DNA of 64,000 nucleotides from the NCBI GenBank assembly GCA_951804945.1, contig OX638162.1:24676001-24740000 (forward strand). Direction: 5' to 3'. A program made the position numbers and the translations under genes. Under the pieces are notes generated by a model, which was not told the origin of the DNA, made no database searches, and worked only from the letters and a program-made list of their open reading frames with translations. Of the stretch, positions 11,560 to 24,587 are shown one piece after another (within the stretch, counting starts at the first letter, position 1; every line of letters starts with the position of its first letter). Source of the stretch: Podarcis cretensis. Its lineage: Eukaryota.

Positions 11560-13246
11560 TTTATGATAATTTTTTATTAAGGTTTCAACAAATTTTATAA
11601 TAACACAAAAAGCAAAACATCACAACAACAATACAAACAAACAATACAAAACAGAAATCAAACAAAATTAAAAGGTTCAATTTTTGGTTTCATACAGCTT
11701 TCTTTCCGGACTTCCTCACATCTCCCTTTTCTGTTTTCAAATTTCCAATTTAATTTTAGCAGATTATTCCCCTATTTTAACCATATTAATATGTCTTAAT
11801 TTCTTTTAAAGTTAACCATTCCTGCTGCTATCCACTCATCTTTTTCTCTTCCCTCCTTAGGTTAACTAAACTGTGGTTCTCTTATTTGTTACTAATGAAA
11901 CATCTTTGCATATTCCTTCAGCTTTATCACTAATGCCACATTGTCTCAATATCCTGCATCATATTAACATTCATATAATTTACAATGTTTTTGCAGATAA
12001 TCTTTAAATTTCTTCCATTCTTCTTCTATTTGTTCTTCTCCCGTATCTCGGATTCTGCCAGTCATTTCTGCTAAGTCCATATAGTCCATCAATTGCATCT
12101 GCCATTCTTCCAGAGTGGGCATATCTTGTGTCTTCCAATACTTTGCGATGAGTATTCTTGCTGCTGTTGTTGCGTACATAAAAAAGGTTCTATCCTTCTT
12201 GAACACCTTCTGATCAACAATGCCCAAAAGGAAGGCCTCTCGTTTCTTCAAGAAGGTATACCTAAATACCTTTTTCAACTCATTATAGATCATTTCCCAG
12301 AATGCCTTTACCCTTGGGCATGTCCACCAGAGGTGAAAGAATGTTCCCTCAGTTTCCTTACACTTCCAACATTTATTATCGGGCAAATGGTATATCTTTG
12401 CAAGCTTGACTGGTGTCATGTACCACCTATAGATCATTTTCATAATATTTTCTTTCAAGGCATTACATGCCGTAAATTTCATACCAGTGGTCCATAACCG
12501 TTCCCAGTCAGCAAACATAATATTATAACCAATGTCTTGTGCCCACTTAATCATAGCTGATTTAACCATTTCATCCTGAGTGTTCCATTTTAACAGCAAG
12601 TTATACATTCTTGACAATGTCTTAGTTTTAGGTTCTAACAATTCCGTTTCTAGTTTTGATTTTTCCACCTGGAAACCTAGTTTCTTGTCCATGTTAAAAG
12701 CCTCTCTAATTTGGTAATAATGTAGCCAGTCTCGCACTCTATCTTTTAGCTTCTCGAAGCTCTGCAATTTCCATGTGTTTCCTTCCTGTTCTAATATCTC
12801 CCAATATTTCGGCCATTTGGCCTCCATATTGAGCTTTTTCAGAGCCTTAGCCTCCATAGGTGACAACCACCTTGGGGTCTTATTTTCTAGCAAGTCTTTA
12901 TATCTTATCCAGACATTAAAAACTGCTCTCCTGACAATATGGTTCTTAAATACTTTATGAACTCTTACCTTGTCGTACCACAAGTATGCATGCCATCCAA
13001 ACGCATTATTAAACCCTTCCAAGTCTAGAATGTCAGTGTTTTCAAGAAGTAGCCAGTCCTTAATCCAGGAGAAAGCTGCTGATTCATAATAAAGCTTCAT
13101 GTCTGGCAGGGCAAACCCCCCTCTTTCTTTAGCATCGGTTAATATTTTAAATTTTATTCTGGGCTTTTTGCCCTGCCAGACAAATTTAGAAATATCTCGC
13201 TGCCACCTCTTGAAACAATCCATTCTGTCCACAATCTGCAAAGTCT
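11560..13246 (-). mobile_element. 5'-truncated L1-clade LINE with open ORF2 C-terminal part
   Basis: ORF 11964-13277(-): GGFALPD motif and CWKC...HLWWTC zinc knuckle; AATAAA and polyA; TSD catctctgtgtttctttttt (11540-11559 / 13247-13266) at a TTTT/AA site. Confidence 0.95.
11964..13246 (-). CDS. L1-clade ORF2 remnant (post-RT region plus CCHC zinc knuckle)
   Basis: About 428 stop-free codons; the first ~11 aa of the listed 437-aa ORF come from flanking DNA beyond the truncation. Confidence 0.85.
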
Positions 13247-13884
13247 CATCTCTGTGTTTCTTTTTAACAGCTTGCACCAGTCAGTCCCCAGAACTTCTGC
13301 CCCTGCTCTTCTTCCCAGAACCCCGTGCCAAATACAGCTTCCCCTTCTGCTGACATCATCATCCACTGTAACCCTGGCAACCTCCTCCAATGTGCCCAGC
13401 AGAGTCTTCTGCCTTGTTGATGGCTTCCATTGATGGGTTAAGGACTGGCTATTTCAACCTTTGTTTCTTAATGCATTCAGAATCCCCTTTCATAAGTTTA
13501 GGGTTGGAGTAGGCTTGTTTGCATCCCCTATATCCCCCCATTCATGTTGGCATTCTTTGTTCAGACATGATGCCCAGGCAGGACTCTTATGAATGTGGCT
13601 TGCCAATACATTATGTTATATTGTTATATTTCTAGAATTGATATGTGTTTTTCTCGGGTGTATGTTAGCACATATGCTATTGTTTTGCTATATTATGGAA
13701 TTGTTGCAATGTCATTGTCCTGCTATGTTATTACGAAATTGTTTTCATAGTGTTTATTTGAAATGCACTCCTCTTTCTTTGCTGTAAGCCACCTTGAGCA
13801 TGATTTTTGTGTGCAGAAAAGCAGCATACGAGTAAAATGAATGAATGAATGAATTTAGCCTCCCAGGGCTAACAGTTTGTGGAA

Positions 13885-14072
13885 GGACTGTAACTCAGTT
13901 GCAGTGCATCTGCCTGACATGCAGAAGGCCCCAGTTTCAAACTTTGGCAACTCCAGGTAGAGCAAGGAGAGACTACTGTCTGAAACCCTTCAGAGCTGCT
14001 GCCAGTCAGTGTGGACTGTACTGAGCTAGATGGACCAATGGTCTGATTCAGTAGATGGCAGCTCTTTATGCT
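13885..14072 (+). mobile_element. tRNA-Ala-derived SINE (Squam2-like, name tentative)
   Basis: tRNA-Ala(TGC)-like head, then gctgccagtcagtgt...gagctagatggaccaatggtctga tail; related copies at ~1-90, 25670-26190(-), 31985-32140(-), 44305-44466(-), 45454-45636, 61137-61700. Confidence 0.75.
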
Positions 14073-15949
14073 CATATTGTACACTGCAGAAATCTGACTG
14101 AAGCATTCGAATCTCAGAGGAGAATGTGAATAAAAACCCATTGGATATGATCATCCAAAGCCTATTCAATACCAGGCCTTGTTCTCTAAGGAGTTAATGG
14201 GAGGCAGGGGGTCTGAGAGGGGTTGAAGTCCAAAGCTGATGGAGTCAGGAACAGGGGGAGGGAGGGAGGGAGGGAGGGAAGGAAGCGGAAGAGTGGATGA
14301 GCTGACCACGACAGATCCCCAAAGTGCAACAGCTGTTCCTCGTCTTTGAGGAGCGAGGATCAAGACGAGAATATGAGATAGGCAAACGTTGGCTTAAACT
14401 TTCTTCTCCCTTTGATTGTCCTTGGACATCTGCCCCCATCTCCCGTCAAGAATGCTTGCCAGCTGGTTGCTCAGAATAACAGCCCTGCTCACTCTCCGAG
14501 ACCTCTAATACTTTAAGCCAACGAGTCGCCACTGTGTGCCTCCCGACTGAGGCGGAACTATGCTAATGCCTCCAGCTCATTTCGCCTTTCTACCCTCTCC
14601 AGCCAAACACCGTTGCTTGTTTGCGCGATTTATTTGGCTCACGTGCTAATTGGCTTTAATTTGTTGGCCAATTGGATTTTTTCACGTGCCCCCCCCTCTC
14701 AAAAAGAAGAAGACAGTTGTGGACAAAAGAAGAAGCTTTGACTGAAGAGCGTGGGATCCAGGGGCTATTCAGCCTGGTTTCTCATGCCACCGGCTCTTTA
14801 TGCAGATGTGTTAAATCTTTGGGCAAAGGGTGTCCTAGAAAGATTGCTCAAGCATGTCCTTTTTCTTCTTTCAAATAATATTCATTCATTCATTTTAAAA
14901 AGCACTTTATTGCCAATCAATCTGTATTGCTGTCAAAGACCAGACAACAGAAATAACATCAGCAACATAGACTACATCAGCACCCAAGGGCCGGACGCGA
15001 AAGACAAAATTAAAAATTCCCCATATACTTATTTACATTAAAAACAACACTCCTTCAGCTAAAATCCATTATCCAGAGTTTAAGATCAGTATTTATTCAC
15101 CAACCATCGCTGTCACTGCAGGCTCTTTATTGCTGTATAAAAGGCACCTGGTAAAAACATAACTTTTTTGTTCATGCTTTTGATGGGCTATGATGACGAT
15201 GGATTTGGTTTTAGAGTGGCTGTTATTTTGTATATTTTTAAAGAAGCCCGTGTGTTTCTGTATGATTGTATCTAGAGTATGGACACAATAATACAGAAAC
15301 ACATCATACAGAAATATAATGTATTTATTACCTTATATAGACATATATTGCAAGTCGCTTGGAGACCCTTGTGCTGAAATAGGTACTAAGTATAAGGCCC
15401 CCATCTGCACTTTGCATTTAAAGCTGCATCGTGCCACTTTAGATAAGATGGCCCCTGCCTCCCCCCCCAGCTGTAGGGCAGCCAAGGCCGCGTGCAGTCA
15501 GTATGGGTGCTGCTTGCACAGCGTCTGTACAGACAGCCACTCTCACCCGCTGTCCATACGGGCGTCCATATGGACTGCCTCTCACACGCCGACCATACAG
15601 GCTGCCACACGTGCGCTGTCTGTACAGACGTCATGGTGCACCACTGGGCGGTTTGCCCTGCCCCTTGGCGTCCTGCCCTGGGTGCCAGAGAGGATTCCTC
15701 CGCCACTGCTATGAACAGGGCCTCCCCAGGCAGTCTTAACATTGGGGTGGATTGATAGTCCCCATGTACCTACAACTGCATCAATCATATGTCTGGTGCT
15801 CAACTCTGTATCCTAAACTTCATTAAAAACATGGCTCTTGATCTTGTGTGAGGCTAAAAAATTGAGACTATCGTCTGATGAACTTTTGGCACAGGACTTG
15901 TGTGGGAGAGAAGGCTGGAGAACTCCTTGGCTGGCTGCTCGTACAACTA

Positions 15950-16440
15950 AAAACATATAAAGAGCCTTGCTGGATCAGGCCAAAGGTTCATCTAGCCCAG
16001 CATCCTGTTCTCACAGTGTCCAATTACATACCCTCCAACATGTTGAGTCCCAAACTGGGATGCACATCTTCCCGTATGCGTTCCTGCAGGAGTCACATGA
16101 ACTGTGCGAGACCATGGAGCTCAAAATGTGCACTTTTGCTTTCAAAGTGCCCCAAAACACACGTTTTTGGGGTGCCATGTGAGATTGTGGTCCTGAAAAA
16201 AGCACGGGAGAGATTTGAGCATGAAATCACATGAAATCACAGTGACCAAAATGGCTGCCATGCTCACATGGGATTTCCCAGTTTTTCTGGGACACTTGTG
16301 GGGTATGCAATTAGTTGCCTATGGGAAACCCACAAGTAAGAACCCCAAGCACAAGAGAACTTTCCCTCTGCTGTTGTTTTCAGCAGCTGGTATTCTACCC
16401 CCAGAGGTAGAAAATAGCCGTCATGGCCAGTAGCCATAGC
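15950..16440 (-). mobile_element. CR1 3' end fragment split by a MITE
   Basis: aagagccttgctggatcaggcc...cctgttctcacagtgt resumes as gttgcctatgggaaacccacaag after the insertion. Confidence 0.7.
16027..16306. mobile_element. CATACCC-ended MITE with 6-bp TSD
   Basis: caatta|cataccctccaac...gggacacttgtgggtatg|caatta. Confidence 0.8.
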
Positions 16441-16839
16441 ATTCTACAAGAAGTAGAACAGCATTATGCAGATTAAGCACATCTAGAATAGCATTATGCA
16501 GATTAAGCAGACCCGGTGCACCATCTGGCCCACTTTTTGGCCACATCAAAGAGGAACTCTCCATAAACGCCTATTAACAATGTAATTAATTCAGACAAAC
16601 AAACCATGATGCCTTTTTCAGAATGGAAACAACAACAAGGAACATTTCAGCAATGTAAAAAAGTATTCAGAGGACAGAACTTCCCAATGCAAAAATGTCA
16701 CAGTAGAGCCCAGTTTGGCATCATGATGTGTCTTATTTAGCTTTTTTATCAACAATTTGATGATGATGATGACGACAATAATAATAATAATTCTCCTATT
16801 GCAAAGTGGAGAGAAGGCACGGCAAGGCACGGCCATCCT

Positions 16840-17150
16840 TCAAAACCTGCGCTTCTCTGAATTTTTCAGAGCAGAACTTCAGCCAAGTAATGTGTAGAAA
16901 AATGCATATACTAAAGTATGCATAAAAATACATATATTTAGTGAAATTAACGTGCAATAATGCATTATATTGGGGAAAATATAAATATTATGGAAGGTGT
17001 GCTTTGCACAAATGTGTGTGTTAGGAGAAATGCATACCATAATGCTAGCAACTTTTCATGAGGCGTTAACAAAATATTTCCCTGGAAACTGTTTTGGAAA
17101 TGTGAACTAAAGTTAAGATTGAAAAAAATGAGAGACTGATCTGGATTCCT
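16840..17150 (+). repeat. Old AT-rich interspersed repeat (recurrent family)
   Basis: cttctctgaattt...aaaaatgcatata...ggagaaat...aatgct core recurs at ~19490, 31190(-), 36120, 36620, 42020, 49661, 57715(-). Confidence 0.7.
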
Positions 17151-17170
17151 ATCTGCATGATTGTCTAGAA

Positions 17171-17778
17171 CAGTGATTTTCAACCAGTGTGCTGTGGCAC
17201 CCTGGGGTGCCTTGAATGATGGTCAGCGGTGCTGCAGGCAACACTGGCCACTGTCCTTCTTCTTTCCCTCCCTCCTCTGATACCCTCTCGCATCTCTGTC
17301 TCCCAAAGGCTTGCGCAGCTATTTGTTGCAGTGGTCCTGGCTACAAGCTCCACAGGTGAATGGTGCCTCTGGGACTGGTCAGGGAGTGCTGGTAGCCAGG
17401 ACCTGAAGCAGCCTCAGAGCAAGCATGTGAGGCAGCACAGCCAGTCAGTTCACCACCCCTTGCTGTTGGGAATGGACAGACAAGTCCCAGGCCCCTATGG
17501 GGCAGTGTGAAGAGGCACCTCTCTTTGGCGTAGGGTGGGAGTGCAGCCCAGAGACCAGGGGCAGCAGTAGCGCCTGCCCAGAGGACTCCCAAGGAGAGGA
17601 GAGAGGAGAGGAGGCTGAGGGAACACTCCATCAGGGAGGGTGTTTGAAAAAGGGTGAGAGGCTGCCAGCCCTGCAGGCGAGGGGTGGCACAACTGGGTTT
17701 CTGAGCCCCACAGGGGTGCCACAGAAAGAATGTAGTTGATCAAGGGAACCATGGACTCAAAAAGATTAAAAACCTCTG
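17171..17778. mobile_element. hAT (Charlie-like) non-autonomous DNA transposon
   Basis: TIR cagtgattttcaacc / gattaaaaacctctg; 8-bp TSD gtctagaa / gtctagga. Confidence 0.8.
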
Positions 17779-19027
17779 GTCTAGGAGGTATGGATCTTGG
17801 TCAGTTTGTACCAGAATTGGCCAGGACTGAATTTCTTAATTATCTCCACTTCACAGCTCAGGTTTCTTTACTGAGTCTGCTCCACCAGGTCTAAAGAGGA
17901 ATGCAAAAGTTTGCTCCTTCTCATCTGTCCTAGCGAAGCTAAAGAAAAGGATTAGATGCGACTGGGTGGTAGTTGTTTCAGAGAAGGCAGTGCAATCCAC
18001 TCCCCTGCACACATTTCTTTCCAATCTCTCTCTTTATCATGAAGCTAATGGTCTATTTCCAGCTCATCATGAGCTTTGCAGACAAATGGGGAGCACTGGG
18101 TTTGAAGAAGGGCTGCATTTGTTAGAATTTGAAGCTCAGTTGAGCACTTCAGTCTGCTGGCTGATGTTATGTAACATGGGTGACCGAGAGGGAACATCAG
18201 ACCAACATCAGGGTGACCAGATGCAGACCTAGAGGGGAAATGCTGCAATCCACCCACCCACCCACCCCCACCCCTTCTCACCTGCCTTTTCTGGTATGAG
18301 GATCCCAGGGTGAAATAAAAAAGAGCATTTAGAAAGTTCATGAGTCATGCCACAGTAACATCGGGCATTTTGTTTCAGCAATCCGACTCTGGGAACTTCC
18401 TTGCAAAATTGCTTGGGGCTGACTCAGAAAAACTACATCCTCTGGCCTGATGCTTGGAAATTAGAAGATGGTTCTCTGAAGTTTAGTGTTATGTAGAAAT
18501 CCATCCTCTGGGTCCTTGGGAGTTTTCTTCTTTTTCTGCAAACGAGGCTGCCATTTCTCTCATAGTGTGGAACACCTGTGAGACAATTTGTAGAATGAAA
18601 GGAAGAACACTCCCAAACCCTTCTCAGCCACCTCAGAAGTAAGCAAACCACGACAAAAACAAAACAAAACAAAACACCCTGCACCCCACCCCTGAGAATT
18701 TCACTGGAAGTTTCTCTCCATTTGGATAATTTCAGAATGCAAATTCTTTCTGATGGATGGTTAAAAAGAAGCAGGAGAAATTTCCAGCACAGAGATTCCC
18801 AAAATAACAGGAGATGGAGTCCTCTGAAGTCCTCCTTCAGCATAGCTTAACAGTCACTCATTAAAGCAGGAGGAGATGCTGCTGGACTCCACCCCACCCC
18901 CCATGAACCCCAGCTCATATGGCGAATGGTCAGACAGGGATGGTGGGAGTTGAAGGCCAAAAACATCTTGTGAGTCATAAATTCCCACCCACTGTCATTA
19001 AATTGACTAAAACTAGGTATCTCAGCA

Positions 19028-19391
19028 GGGACGCAGGTGGCGCTGTGGGTTAAAGCCTCAGCGCCTAGGACTTGCCGATCGAAAGGTCGGCGGTTCGAAT
19101 CCCTGTGGCGGGGTGCGCTCCCGCTGCTCGGTCCCAGCGCCTGCCAACCTAGCAGTTCGAAAGCACCTCCGGGTGCAAGTAGATAAATAGGGACCGCTTA
19201 CCAGCGGGAAGGTAAACGGCGTTTCCGTGTGCGGCTCTGGCTCGCCAGAGCAGCGATGTCACGCTGGCCACGTGACCCGGAAGTGTCTCCGGACAGCGCT
19301 GGCCCCTGGCCTCTTAAGTGAGATGGGCGCACAACCCCAGAGTCTGTCAAGACTGGCCCGTACGGGCAGGGGTACCTTTACCTTTACCTTT
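19028..19391 (+). mobile_element. Young Sauria (Squam1) SINE
   Basis: Full length, CpGs retained, (ACCTTT)n tail, perfect 14-bp TSD taggtatctcagca. Confidence 0.97.
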
Positions 19392-20713
19392 TAGGTATCT
19401 CAGCATCCCAGGGTCCTGTTAAGTTCAATAAGCATGGTGCTGAGGGGGTCCTGTGCGTAGATGCTTGGTGATGAGATATCCAGGGTTTGCATCAGTGGAT
19501 TTCACAATGCCGTTCTCCAAACAAACTGTGTAGGAAAATGTATATATTTTGGGGGAAAGTATCCATAAAAATGAATGTGTTGATGAAAATAGCACACAGA
19601 AAAATGTGTGATGCAAAAAAACTGGTGATAAAAATGTGCATCCAGCTGCAGAAATGCACACTGAAATGCTGAGGATTTTCGTGTGGATTTTTTTTTTTCA
19701 TTGACAAACTGAGGTGGGAGTGTGATGAATGGAACTGAATATTGGGGGGAAATGAAAAATGAAGTCCAAAATAGATTCATCTTGTTAATTTATTGGGAGG
19801 TATCTTAACTGATTCTCCTGCCCCCACCCCAAAAGCTGTACACCCCAGTATAGCAATCCCACCATCATTAACCTGGCCAGGGTGTAAGAGGGTTGAAAAC
19901 TGACCTTGGGAAAGCAGAGCAGCAGAGAAGCATTCCCCCCCCTCTGCCATTAGCTCGTCACATTGGTATTTATGCCTCATTTTAACTAGGGTGCACAGCC
20001 AGCCATATTCGTATCCTTCATATTTAGCCAGAGCAACCTTGCATATGTTAATAGTAACAACACAGGAGAGTGTTGGTGTGTTTGCACTATATCAGTTGAC
20101 ACCTCTATAAAATTTTATATCAGATGCCTCTGGCAACAACGTCTTTCGGGGGACCTGAAAAAGATTTGCCCTTTCACCATTGCTTGCTTTCCTCATTTTT
20201 GCGAAACAGAATTCCCCGCTAGGCCACTCGCTTCTCTCTCTGTACAGGTCCAAATCAAGGGGCAGCTTAATCTCCCAATGTTGCGTAAATTCTGTGGCCT
20301 GGCTGCATCCCACACAGGGGCTTTGAGAAGTCTGTTCCAGGGTGTTTCAGGGGTTTGCAGCCTTTGGATAGCTTTTGTCCTGCTGAGTTTGGTGTGAGGT
20401 TGAGGGAAGGAAGAAGAGTCAGAGTGTTAGATTGTGACTGAATGGATATGAATTCAATCCTCACTCTGCCATGAGGCACAATGAAAGATCTCGATTTGGT
20501 CTCTCTCCCTCCCCCATCTCTCTCTTTTCTCTCTCTCTCTCTCTCTTCCCATAACTTATCTCACAGAATCATTGCAAGGATCATGATGAGGGAGGATGAG
20601 ATAACTATGGACATTGCCTTAAACCTTTTGCAGTTGGTGGGGTGGGGGGAGGGTGGATGCAAATGGAATAAATGGAGAAAAAAGGATAAAATTAACTGCT
20701 ATCATTAGACATA

Positions 20714-20939
20714 CAGTGGTACCTTGGGTTACATACGCTTCAGGTTACAGACTCCGCTAATCCAGAAATAGTGCTTCAGGTTAAGAACTTTGCTTCAGGA
20801 TGAGAACAGAAATCGTGCTCCAGCGGCACGACAGCAGCAGGAGGCCCAATTAGCTAAAGTGGTGCTTCAGGTTAAGAACAGTTTCAGGTTAAGTACGGAC
20901 CTCCGGAACGAATTAAGTACTTAACCCGAGGTACCACTG
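20714..20939. mobile_element. Tc1/mariner (Tigger/pogo-like) MITE
   Basis: ta|cagtggtaccttgggtta...taacccgaggtaccactg|ta: TIRs plus TA TSD. Confidence 0.9.
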
Positions 20940-22693
20940 TATTGCTCTGGAATGCAACCAAGTGACTCAGACTTCAGCAGGATGCCAGGAGGACTACTCT
21001 GAGGTAAAGAGCTGATGAAGCACAGCCTTCAATGAACTTCATCCACCTCTCTTTCTCTATTATTCACCCCCCCTCCCCCAAAAATAAAGTTGGGGAAAAG
21101 GTGTCTTAATCATACAAGAATGGCACCTGCACCGGCTGATTAACCCGGCAAACTTTGTGTTAGTAATTTAATAAGGGCGTATGGACAGGGGGGGAAAGGG
21201 CTGCCAACACTGCTGCTAAAAATAAGTGAATGTTGTAACAACAGACTCTCTCTCTTTCCCCCAACCAGCTTCCAGGCACAATGAATGTGCTCATAGCAGT
21301 TTCACATTTATGGAGCCACACATCTGAAATATGCATTACTGCAAGGGATGCTGGAGGGAGTCAACTTTTGCTACCAGTTTCTTCCCAGGCACAAATCAAA
21401 GCATCATGCTTGACAGGTGAACCCCTAAAAAAGGGTTAGGGGACCTCAGGCCCCAGGTCCAAATATGGCCCTCTAGGTGTCTCTTTCTGGCCCAAGGTTA
21501 CACCCTCTTTTAGGCCACAGCCCTCACATGTCCTGTTTTGTGCCCTCCTTGAGTGTTTTTGCCTGGATGGCTGGAGGATGGAGAGAAGTGTGTTGGAGAT
21601 GTAGAATCATGTGACTTTTGTTCTGCTGGAATGGAACCTGCTGTTGCTTTGCCCACCTTTGCCCACCAGCATGAAGGAATGTGGTCCTCAAACTGAAGAT
21701 GCTCCCCGCTCCTGCAGTAATGGTTTGAGAACGAGCCATCAGATGAAATCCCTGCTCCCAAACAAATCCACGCAACTGTTCAAAACTTACTAAAAAACAA
21801 AGCACGAGAAAGTGAGAGAAACCAAAATTGCCAGGTTTGCTCATCTCTACTTGTGGACCTCTACTTGGCTTCCTTCTGAAAGCAATTGTGGGCCATGGAA
21901 TAGCTTCTGGAAGGAATTGGATGGTGAGATAGGCTCCTGAAGAAGGAGGGGCAGTCCCAGCTGTTTAGGTCTGTAAAAGTTAAAACCCAGCTCCTTCAAT
22001 TGGGCTCGGAAATATGAGGCTCTATAGTTGTGACAAGGCTACATGAAAAATAAAAATGAAGGTTTTGTGTTTGTCTCTCTCCGTCTGCTGTTCCTCCTTT
22101 TCTACTGGGAAATCTCAGGGGCCTGGCTTAAACCAGAGTTTGTATTGGGGTAATGGAAAATATGACCTCATTAGCACCAAGTTTGTCATTTGTTCCATAA
22201 CAAAAAAGTAAATTACAGTGTATTAATGCAGTTTGTGTTGTTTTTAATGTGCACAGAGACACAATAAAACTTTTTTATTGGGGAAGTGTGATGACATGTT
22301 CGCACTTCAGGACTACCACCGGGGCTCTGATAGGGCGCACCAATTGGATGGCTCTGTGGAACACTCTTATAATGATGTAGTAAAATTTGACTCTGATGTA
22401 GTAAAATCTGTTTATGGCAAAGCTGTTTTCTCCCTGCAGAATCCTATCGGGCTAGGCCGGGGAGCTGAGTAGTGGAGTCTGTATGTTTGTGTGGAAACCT
22501 ATAGAGCTGTATTTCTTTAAAAGGAAATGACTTGGATGAAATTTTTGAATGTTTTGGATTCCATCAATAAATCTGCCCATCTCACTCAACTCTTCCCAAA
22601 GATGCAACTCATGTGTTGTAGTGGGCAGTGTACTTCCAGGGCCTTCCCTTAGATGGGTTCCCCAATATTTTGTAGATCAAGCCGATTTAAGTA

Positions 22694-22855
22694 CAGTGGT
22701 ACCTCTGGATACGCACACCTCTGGTTGCGTATCCTTCAGGATGTGAATATGGCAAACCTGGAAATAGAAGCAGAAGCAGTCCCTCCAGTTGCGGAAACCT
22801 CAGGATCAGACCAGAGCTCTGGAACGGATTCCATCCACAACCGGAGGTACGACTG
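22694..22855. mobile_element. Tc1/mariner-type MITE
   Basis: ta|cagtggtacctctgg...ccggaggtacgactg|ta. Confidence 0.85.
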
Positions 22856-24550
22856 TAATACATTTCCAATCTGTCTTTTCCTTTGGTTATGTACCAAAAT
22901 TAGTTTTCCATTCGAAGAGCAGGCTGATCCGCTCTTTCTCTTCATTTGACAACCAGCTAGCAGTGTCCTGGTCAAATCTGTAAAACGTTCTTCTTGTTAA
23001 AAACCAGAACTGGGATGCAAAAAGTTAACAAACTCCAGATTCTGCCAGATTTTGCCTATATGCCAGACTTAAAATTGAAATGGAGAGAAACCAAAACTGA
23101 GAGATTATTCCACCTCTACTTGCAAGATGTTGATATTTGTGGAGGAGAGAAAAGAGTGTACTCTGGATTGTTCAAAGCATAGTGTGAATGTTCTTTTCAG
23201 TGGAAGTCCATGGAGTCAGTTACTGTTGCCCAACCAATCACTTTCAGTATACTTGTGATGCACTATAATAATGCAGAGTACTTTTCTTTGCCTACACAGA
23301 AATGCATCCTTGAAGCATCACTGACTTAGCAGAGCAACACAAATTCAGTGGTTATCAGAGGGCTGAAGAACAGGAGGTCGCCGAGTGCAGCATCGCTGAG
23401 GTTCAGATGACTCTTCCATGATCTGTTCTAAGTGGAAGTGGCTTAAATAGCTTTCCATTTTGTCTCTCTGTAAGCAGAACACTCTGGGTAAGGAAGTCTT
23501 TCCTTTCTTCTCCACTTCACAAGAAAGTGAGTAGATTTCTCTCCCCCAATAACTTCCCACAGTGGTTCCTTAATGAAGCCATTAAATGGGTAGGCTTTGT
23601 TTTTATCAATTCAATCACCAAAATGAAAATCATTATAGTTCCCTCCAATTTATTAGGTGTCGTTATTTGCCATCATGTGTAAATTCATTTAACGAAATAG
23701 CCGTGCTGACTGCTTTGGAATCACACTGCTGGTGCTATTGGAAGTGTAATTCAGACTGGCGGATGGTTGCGTTTCAGGGTTTGTCTTTAGATTCTTTAGC
23801 AACTTATTTTTGTAGAAAGTCACAAATGAAATTACCAAATGAAGAGAGCTTTATTTTTAAAAGGGAAAGCTAGAAGGGCATTCCGGGCTCATTGGAGTAT
23901 GTATGGAGTGCAGAGTAACCCTGGTGTGCTTTCAATGCCTATTAAAATGGAATGTAAACCCTAGCTGAGTGTGGCTTTTTAATATCTACTAAGAGAACAC
24001 ATAGCAGAGAAAAGAATTGACTTGATGACCTACTGGATCACAGTTCATTCTTCTTGCCACTATGCCATGCTAGCTCTCTTCTATTCCCTGAATAGTCTCT
24101 TCCTGATCACCTGGAGTCTATTCTGCTCCCTACAGGTGAGCAGGTGCCTGGCTGTTTACAAGCCCACATAGCCATCATCTGCCTAGTTAACCAATACTAT
24201 GCAAGTATTCCTGGGATTTTAACAAGCAGCCCCTCTCTCCACTAATTTGGAAATGTCACATTGAAAAGGTATCCATCTAATCAGAATTACAGCTCCCTGC
24301 TTCATTGATCCTTTGTACAGCTCCATACGGCATTCCTCCCAAATGGCAGAGCTTTCTGATAGGCAGAGAAGAGTATTTTTGGCTGAGTTTTCAGCAGGAA
24401 AAAAAAAATCCCAGCAGTGAGGACAATAAATCATTGGGTTTGATGGAACATTGTTATATAGACAAATAACTGGCATGCCAGGAAATAAATGATGTGCGTT
24501 TTCCAAACATCAATAGATGCCTGGGCAAAAGCCATTTAAAATGGGAACAG

Positions 24551-24587
<37 letters not shown>

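Noticed and set aside
13885-13960. tRNA-Ala-like and tRNA-Lys-like sequences as tRNA genes (also 45454, 54920, 61137)
   Set aside because: Degenerate stems and continuation into SINE bodies; these are SINE heads
15386-15760. GC-rich patch with overlapping ORFs in several frames
   Set aside because: Internal repeats (ctgtacagac) and stop-poor composition suggest a repeat interior, not a gene
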